A DNA stretch of 64,000 bases, from NCBI GenBank assembly GCA_965206595.1, contig OZ242214.1, positions 3,680,001 to 3,744,000 of the forward strand, read 5' to 3'. The notes beneath the pieces were generated by a model. It worked only from the letters and a program-made list of their open reading frames with translations, was not told where the DNA came from and did not search any database. The position numbers and the translations under genes were made by a program. This document shows, one piece after another, positions 59,048 through 64,000 of this stretch (its first letter is position 1; every line of letters starts with the position of its first letter). The stretch is from Candidatus Latescibacterota bacterium (GTDB lineage: Bacteria > Latescibacterota > UBA2968 > UBA8231).

Positions 59048-62000
59048 CTACAGCCGATTGGCGACGATCCAATCCCTGTGCTGCTTGGCGAACTGATACG
59101 CATCAGGAGTGCCTGTCCCCTCTTCATGCCGGGCTATCACACGGTCATACACACCCACCGCCTCATTCCACTCATTGAGGGACTCGTAGGTGATACCCAT
59201 GTTGTTCAGAACGCCGAGCTCTGTTTCCGTGCCCGGATACTCCTCGACGAGTTCCCCCATGTGGGAGAGGATACGCCGAAACGACTCCTCATCCTCGTTG
59301 GCCATGGCCTGGCGGAAGTCCACGGCGATCTTCTGATACCTGGTGAAAGCCACCGCCTCTCTCAAATCCTCGATCAACTTCGGCACCTCGGCCACGAGCT
59401 TATCGTCCGGATGATCGTTTACGAGCCCGACGTAGGCTTCCAGGGCCTCCTCGTACTGCCCTTCGTTGTAGCGGTAATCCCCGACGGTGAATTTGGCGCT
59501 GGCAGCCAGTTCACTGTCGGGGAACTCCGCGATCAGCCGGCCCAGACTCGCCATCGCTTCTTCTCCGCGCCCCAGTTCCATATAAACCCATGCGCCGCTG
59601 TACAAGGCGTCATCCTGCTCCGCTCCGGGCCAGTCGTCGGCGACCGTTCTGTACGCGTTCAGCGCCTCCTCGTACTTCCCCAGGTTGAAATAACTCTCCC
59701 CTATCCTGAACCAGGCATCGCCCGCGGCCTCGTGTTCGGGGAACTCTGCGACCAGCCGCTCGAACGCAACTATGGCGAGCCCGAATTCCCTCTGGCCCGA
59801 CCGGATGTGCCCCAGGTAGTAAAGCGCATTCGAGGTGTTCGCATCCCCCTCATGGCGCTCGAGGAATCGATCGAACTCGGACGCCGCCTCTTGCGGCCGC
59901 CCCATTTGCATGTAACCCAGCCCCAACGCGAAGGTCATATCCGGGGCGTATATGGAGTCCGGGTAGCGCCGCAGGGCTTCCCTGTAGGTTTCTATGACCG
60001 AGGCATAATCCTCCAGGCGATTGCAGGCGTCCCCCAGGAGGAAGAGAGCCTTCTCTTCGATCGAATCGCCTCCCCCCGGTTTCCCGCCCGAAACCTCCAC
60101 GATCTCGCGAGAGATGCGCACTACCTGATCGTAGCTCTTCAGCCCGTGATACAGCTCGGCCAGAAGAAGCAGGTATTCGGCCTTCTCCTGCAAATCCGTG
60201 GCCTGGGCAGCCAGGGCCTCGTAGTTCCTGCTTGCCTCCAGCTCCCGACCCTGCTGGATCAGGGACAAACCCAGCATCCGGCGGCCGGCACGCTGAAGCA
60301 CCGGATCATCCGCCTCCTCCACCACACGCTCGAAGTCCCTGTCGGCTTCCCCATGCCGCCCCAGGCTCAACAGGGCGGTTCCCCTGGCATAGAGCGAACT
60401 CACCAGCAACCGGGGCCGGTCCCGGGCGCCGTCGATAACCCCCGTGAAATCCTTTGCAGCCTCCTCGTGCGACTTTTCCCCGGTGTGGGCTTTGGCCTTG
60501 ATGTACAGATAGCGTGTCCGCACCTCGGAGGTCACCGTAAAGGCCAGCGCTTCATCCATGATGTCCAGGGTCCGGGAATAGGCCTCCTTGCGGATCAGAA
60601 TCTCCCCTGCCGCCACCCGTGCATCGGCAAACAGGGGCGACTCAGCCTGCACAATCAGGAAGGCCTCGACGGCCTCATCCTCCTGCCCCTGGTCGCGATG
60701 ACAGACCCCCCGTTCGAAATGCGCCATCGACGCCTGTGGCGAATCGGGGAAGCGGCGGAGCAGTTCTCCATAAGTCTTCAGGGCTTCGGCATACGCCTGC
60801 TGGTCGTAGAAGATGCGGGCGACCTGGAACAGCGAGCTTTCGACGAGCGGGTCGTCCGGGAAATCCGAGATAATGCCCCGGAACCCCTCCAGGGCCCGGG
60901 CCGTTGAGGATTCATCGCCCATGAACTGCCGGCAGAGGGCGATATTGAACTGCAGGCCCACCTGCAGGCGCGTGTCGGGCCAGGCGTTCAGCGTACTCTC
61001 ATACCGGGCTACGGCCTCACGGAAAAGGGATACGGCCACTGGCCGTTGACTCGCGGCCAGCGCCTGCTGTCCCTTGTCGTAGTATGCCCGGCCGATGTTG
61101 TATTCCGCCTCGTCCACGGGAAAGCCCGCACGAGCCGCCACATCGTCATATCCCTTGATGTAGACTTCATATTCCTCGATGGCTTCATCGAAACGTCCGC
61201 TTTCCGAATAACGGCGGGCAATCTGGGCCTGCATGCGCGCCTGAAAGTACCTGTCGCGCACCCGGTCGATGGCATCCTTGTACGTCTGGATGGACTGCTC
61301 GATTTTCCCCTTTTCGTAGTACATATCCGCCAGACGGCGATAACCCTCTTCGACAAAGCCCCTTTCCGTCGAAAACAGGGTGATCACCCGCTCGAACGCC
61401 TCCGCCGCCCTGTCGAGCTTCCCCAGCCTCGAATACCCGTCCCCGATCTTCAGCTGGGCCTTGGCGGCCAGCTCAAGGGCCGTCTCGTCCACCAGCCCGG
61501 CCAGCTTTTCCCGCCGCATCCTCATCAGATCCCGCTCTGTCAGGCCGTACACGTTTGCCCGGGCAACGAGCTGTTCGTAGTAGCCGATGGCCTTCTCATA
61601 GTCGCCCTGGAGGTAGTAGCATTCCGCGATCTGAAACAGCGCCCGGTCCGCCCGGAAGCCCGTTTGGGAATGCCGGATCAGCGCCTCGAACGCCCGGATG
61701 CTGGACTCGTAATCGCCTTGCTCGAAGTGCGACCAGGCGATGTCGTACATCGCGTTTTCCACGAACTTGCTTTCGGGGTACTTCGATATGAGCGTTTGCG
61801 CTTCAACTATGGTCTGTTCGTAGTCCTTCGCTTCGTACCACGTCGTCACCAGACGGCTCTGCGCCAGCACTCCCAATCCTTGAGCCGTCGCCTCGGATTC
61901 CACTCGCTCGAAGAATTCCACCGCCCGCTCCAGGAACGTCTGTGCCTCGCGTTCGGCTTTTTCCCGGTCCGTCGCGCTCTCCCCCCATCCCGCTATTCGC

Positions 62001-62290
62001 AGCGCCTCCAGAGCCATCTTGAAGTAGGCGTTGCCCGACTGGTAAAGCGCCGCTTCGGTGACCGGTGCCGTGATATCTCCTACAGTCACCGTGACCTCTT
62101 CGACGTGGAGAAGGGCACTGTTCACCTGGCCGACCTTCTCGTACTGTTCGACCGCCTGGTCGTATGCTTCGGCCCCGTAGAAGCGCTGCGCCTCTTGAAA
62201 AGAGGCCAGCAAATCCTCCGCGGTGGGCACATACCGGGTCCAGGCTGTAACCCCCAGGCCCAAGGTCACCATGATCCACGCAAGAGGCAT
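59048..62290 (-). CDS. Giant TPR protein (CpoB/BamD-like repeats)
   Basis: Signal peptide; over 20 repeats of A.Y..G..Y...G.Y..A...F..L...YP.S. Confidence 0.9.
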   Translation of the reverse strand: MPLAWIMVTLGLGVTAWTRYVPTAEDLLASFQEAQRFYGAEAYDQAVEQYEKVGQVNSALLHVEEVTVTVGDITAPVTEAALYQSGNAYFKMALEALRIAGWGESATDREKAEREAQTFLERAVEFFERVESEATAQGLGVLAQSRLVTTWYEAKDYEQTIVEAQTLISKYPESKFVENAMYDIAWSHFEQGDYESSIRAFEALIRHSQTGFRADRALFQIAECYYLQGDYEKAIGYYEQLVARANVYGLTERDLMRMRREKLAGLVDETALELAAKAQLKIGDGYSRLGKLDRAAEAFERVITLFSTERGFVEEGYRRLADMYYEKGKIEQSIQTYKDAIDRVRDRYFQARMQAQIARRYSESGRFDEAIEEYEVYIKGYDDVAARAGFPVDEAEYNIGRAYYDKGQQALAASQRPVAVSLFREAVARYESTLNAWPDTRLQVGLQFNIALCRQFMGDESSTARALEGFRGIISDFPDDPLVESSLFQVARIFYDQQAYAEALKTYGELLRRFPDSPQASMAHFERGVCHRDQGQEDEAVEAFLIVQAESPLFADARVAAGEILIRKEAYSRTLDIMDEALAFTVTSEVRTRYLYIKAKAHTGEKSHEEAAKDFTGVIDGARDRPRLLVSSLYARGTALLSLGRHGEADRDFERVVEEADDPVLQRAGRRMLGLSLIQQGRELEASRNYEALAAQATDLQEKAEYLLLLAELYHGLKSYDQVVRISREIVEVSGGKPGGGDSIEEKALFLLGDACNRLEDYASVIETYREALRRYPDSIYAPDMTFALGLGYMQMGRPQEAASEFDRFLERHEGDANTSNALYYLGHIRSGQREFGLAIVAFERLVAEFPEHEAAGDAWFRIGESYFNLGKYEEALNAYRTVADDWPGAEQDDALYSGAWVYMELGRGEEAMASLGRLIAEFPDSELAASAKFTVGDYRYNEGQYEEALEAYVGLVNDHPDDKLVAEVPKLIEDLREAVAFTRYQKIAVDFRQAMANEDEESFRRILSHMGELVEEYPGTETELGVLNNMGITYESLNEWNEAVGVYDRVIARHEEGTGTPDAYQFAKQHRDWIVANRL

Positions 62291-62372
62291 CACAGACTCC
62301 TGTCCATAACAGGCCGCACAGACCCGCGCCCCGTCACCGGCTGCAAATCCCGGACATGATCGGGCGGGGCGG

Positions 62373-63701
62373 TCACGTAAGCCATCTCGGCCAGACCGCC
62401 TCTGCCAGGAAGAGCTGGGACTGCTTCTTCTCCCCGGCGCAATACGCAATCCACCGGTCATCCGGCGAAAAAACGGGGTGCGGATGCGGCCCCCCCGCCC
62501 ACGTGGTGTTGTGCCGGACCAACGGGCGCACCTCGAGATAGGAGCCGCGTTTGCGGAACACCCCTATCCACTCATGAGCGGGAAAGCCCGGTGCGCTGGC
62601 CTCGGGCCAGTAGTGCAGCCAGTAGTCGAAATCCACCGAGTCATCTCGACGGTAGCCGCTGCCGTTCACACCGCGGCCTTCCAGCCACAGGAAACCGGGG
62701 TCCGCCCGGTCGCCGGCCCACATGTCGTCGGCGTTGTTGCACTTGAAGTGGGTGGGTGCCAGTCCCGGGAACACCCACCGGCTGGTCGTGCGCCGCGCCA
62801 AGTCGACATCGAGCAGCATCGCCAGCTTTTGCTCCTGAGCGATGGGGATTCCGTCCCGGTCGTAGGCCGTATGGCGGTAGTGGAACGACTCGACGTGGGC
62901 GTCTGGCGCTGAATAGTAGTGGTTCACGTAGTCGTACGGCTGCTGGTCGAATAGCGGCATCGGGTCGTGTATCGGTCTGAGACGCTCGAGATCGACTTTC
63001 ATGAACCAGGCGGTCTTGACGCCCGTTGGCTGCAACCTCGAGTAGCTGCCGAACCACACGTAGGACGGGTCGCCGCGACTGATGAAGAGGTGGCTGTCGG
63101 GGGCTGCCCGGTTGTCCGCGCTCGGTCCGTGATAGACCACTTCCTGCCGCTTGTCCTGTACGTCGACCAGGAGCACCATCGCTTCTCTGCCGTAGCGGTA
63201 GGCATAACTGGTGCGCCTGGACTCCGGGCCGCAGCCGAGGACGAGATAGCGCCCGCACGACGACAGGTCCGGACCGTGCAGGGCTCCGCAGCCCTCAGGC
63301 GACTCGGCGACCGCCTCTTCGCGCAGCGTCTCCACATCCAGGGCGAGGAACTGCCTGTCGCGTCCGAAGTAGACGATGCCGCGCTGGGGATCGACGGTGA
63401 AGCCGCCCGACGGCGCATCGTCCGTGAGTTGCACGATCTTGCCAGAAGCCACCTCCACCGTGTAGAGCTGTTGCGTGCCGGTGCGGTTGGACGTGAATAC
63501 GAATCGCTCTGAACCACCGATGAACTGCTCCTGATTGTAATAGGCGTTCGTGTTGGCACACGGCTGGTCCGTCAGTTGGAGCACTCGCACATCCGTCGCC
63601 GGGTCTGAGAATTCCCGCTTCTCAGAAGGATATGTGTCACCCTTTGCCACGCCTACACGCTCCCAGTCTTCGTCATGAATGCTCGCAACCATTTCCTGCA
63701 A
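62373..63701 (-). CDS. Oligogalacturonate lyase (Ogl/PL22)-like beta-propeller protein
   Basis: DPATDVRVLQLT...YYNQ...FVFTSNRTG...IVQLTD and C-terminal HPHPVFSPD. Confidence 0.7.
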   Translation of the reverse strand: MQEMVASIHDEDWERVGVAKGDTYPSEKREFSDPATDVRVLQLTDQPCANTNAYYNQEQFIGGSERFVFTSNRTGTQQLYTVEVASGKIVQLTDDAPSGGFTVDPQRGIVYFGRDRQFLALDVETLREEAVAESPEGCGALHGPDLSSCGRYLVLGCGPESRRTSYAYRYGREAMVLLVDVQDKRQEVVYHGPSADNRAAPDSHLFISRGDPSYVWFGSYSRLQPTGVKTAWFMKVDLERLRPIHDPMPLFDQQPYDYVNHYYSAPDAHVESFHYRHTAYDRDGIPIAQEQKLAMLLDVDLARRTTSRWVFPGLAPTHFKCNNADDMWAGDRADPGFLWLEGRGVNGSGYRRDDSVDFDYWLHYWPEASAPGFPAHEWIGVFRKRGSYLEVRPLVRHNTTWAGGPHPHPVFSPDDRWIAYCAGEKKQSQLFLAEAVWPRWLT

Positions 63702-63998
63702 TCAATACAGCACGTTCTGCCCATACCCCATGAACAGGCGCACGAAGATCTCCGTCGTGTCGAAGCTCTCGAGGAAGCGGAATTCGTCTGCGTACTCCAG
63801 CCTGTCCTGCTTGACCCCCAGATTGGTGGAAATCCTGTACCCCGAGTAATCAGAGATGTTGGAGAGGAAAACCATCGTCGTCCGCCGTTTGAAGCTGTTG
63901 CGCGGCTCGGCCAGGTGGGTTTCCTCGAACCACCAGCCCGGGAGCCCCTGGAGACCCGCCTTCACCTCCGTCGCCGGAGACAGTTCATAGCGAGCCTT
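63702..63998 (-). CDS. C-terminus of a large putative outer-membrane protein (5'-partial), similar to 5458-8136
   Basis: Frame open to the window end (KARYELSPATEVKAGLQG...). SDYSGYRISTNLG...FVRLFMGYG parallels SEYLGYVLTTQIG...FITMYAGLG. Confidence 0.65.
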   Translation of the reverse strand, partial: KARYELSPATEVKAGLQGLPGWWFEETHLAEPRNSFKRRTTMVFLSNISDYSGYRISTNLGVKQDRLEYADEFRFLESFDTTEIFVRLFMGYGQNVLY

Positions 63999-64000
63999 GA

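Noticed and set aside
59018-60907. 629-aa plus-strand ORF and similar long antisense ORFs (8273-9895, 51812-53521, 37335-38588)
   Set aside because: Shadow ORFs opposite well-supported genes, expected from high GC3 codon bias; no recognisable motifs.

Overview
A GC-rich, gene-dense bacterial window. The gene repertoire (many secreted proteins ending in a PFTPNGDGIND/FlgD-Ig-like C-terminal domain, DUF6785-type membrane proteins, CRTAC1/ASPIC-UnbV proteins, several enolase, Gfo/Idh/MocA and PhyH enzymes) suggests an uncultured FCB/PVC-type lineage such as Latescibacterota; this is inference only. Contents: (1) two cell-envelope gene clusters (3-11566 and 53684-64000) built from paralogous CTD-bearing secreted proteins, large putative outer-membrane proteins, TPR proteins, a GT-C glycosyltransferase-TPR fusion, DUF4159 and TonB-like proteins; (2) a hydrogen cyanide synthase-like operon with fused HcnA-HcnB plus HcnC; (3) acid-sugar/inositol catabolic genes, some decayed or frameshifted; (4) a TPR-CRTAC1-2x(membrane/spermidine-synthase-like) operon; (5) two DUF3179 paralogs with an in-frame TGA at the catalytic Cys position and an identical SECIS-like hairpin, i.e. 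probable selenoproteins split in the ORF track; (6) small non-coding structures: a 22-bp x4 tandem repeat in an MFS 5'-UTR and a 168-bp palindromic MITE/REP-like element. I found no rRNA, tRNA, transposase, cas gene or true CRISPR array. All family assignments come from motif recognition by eye, not database searches.
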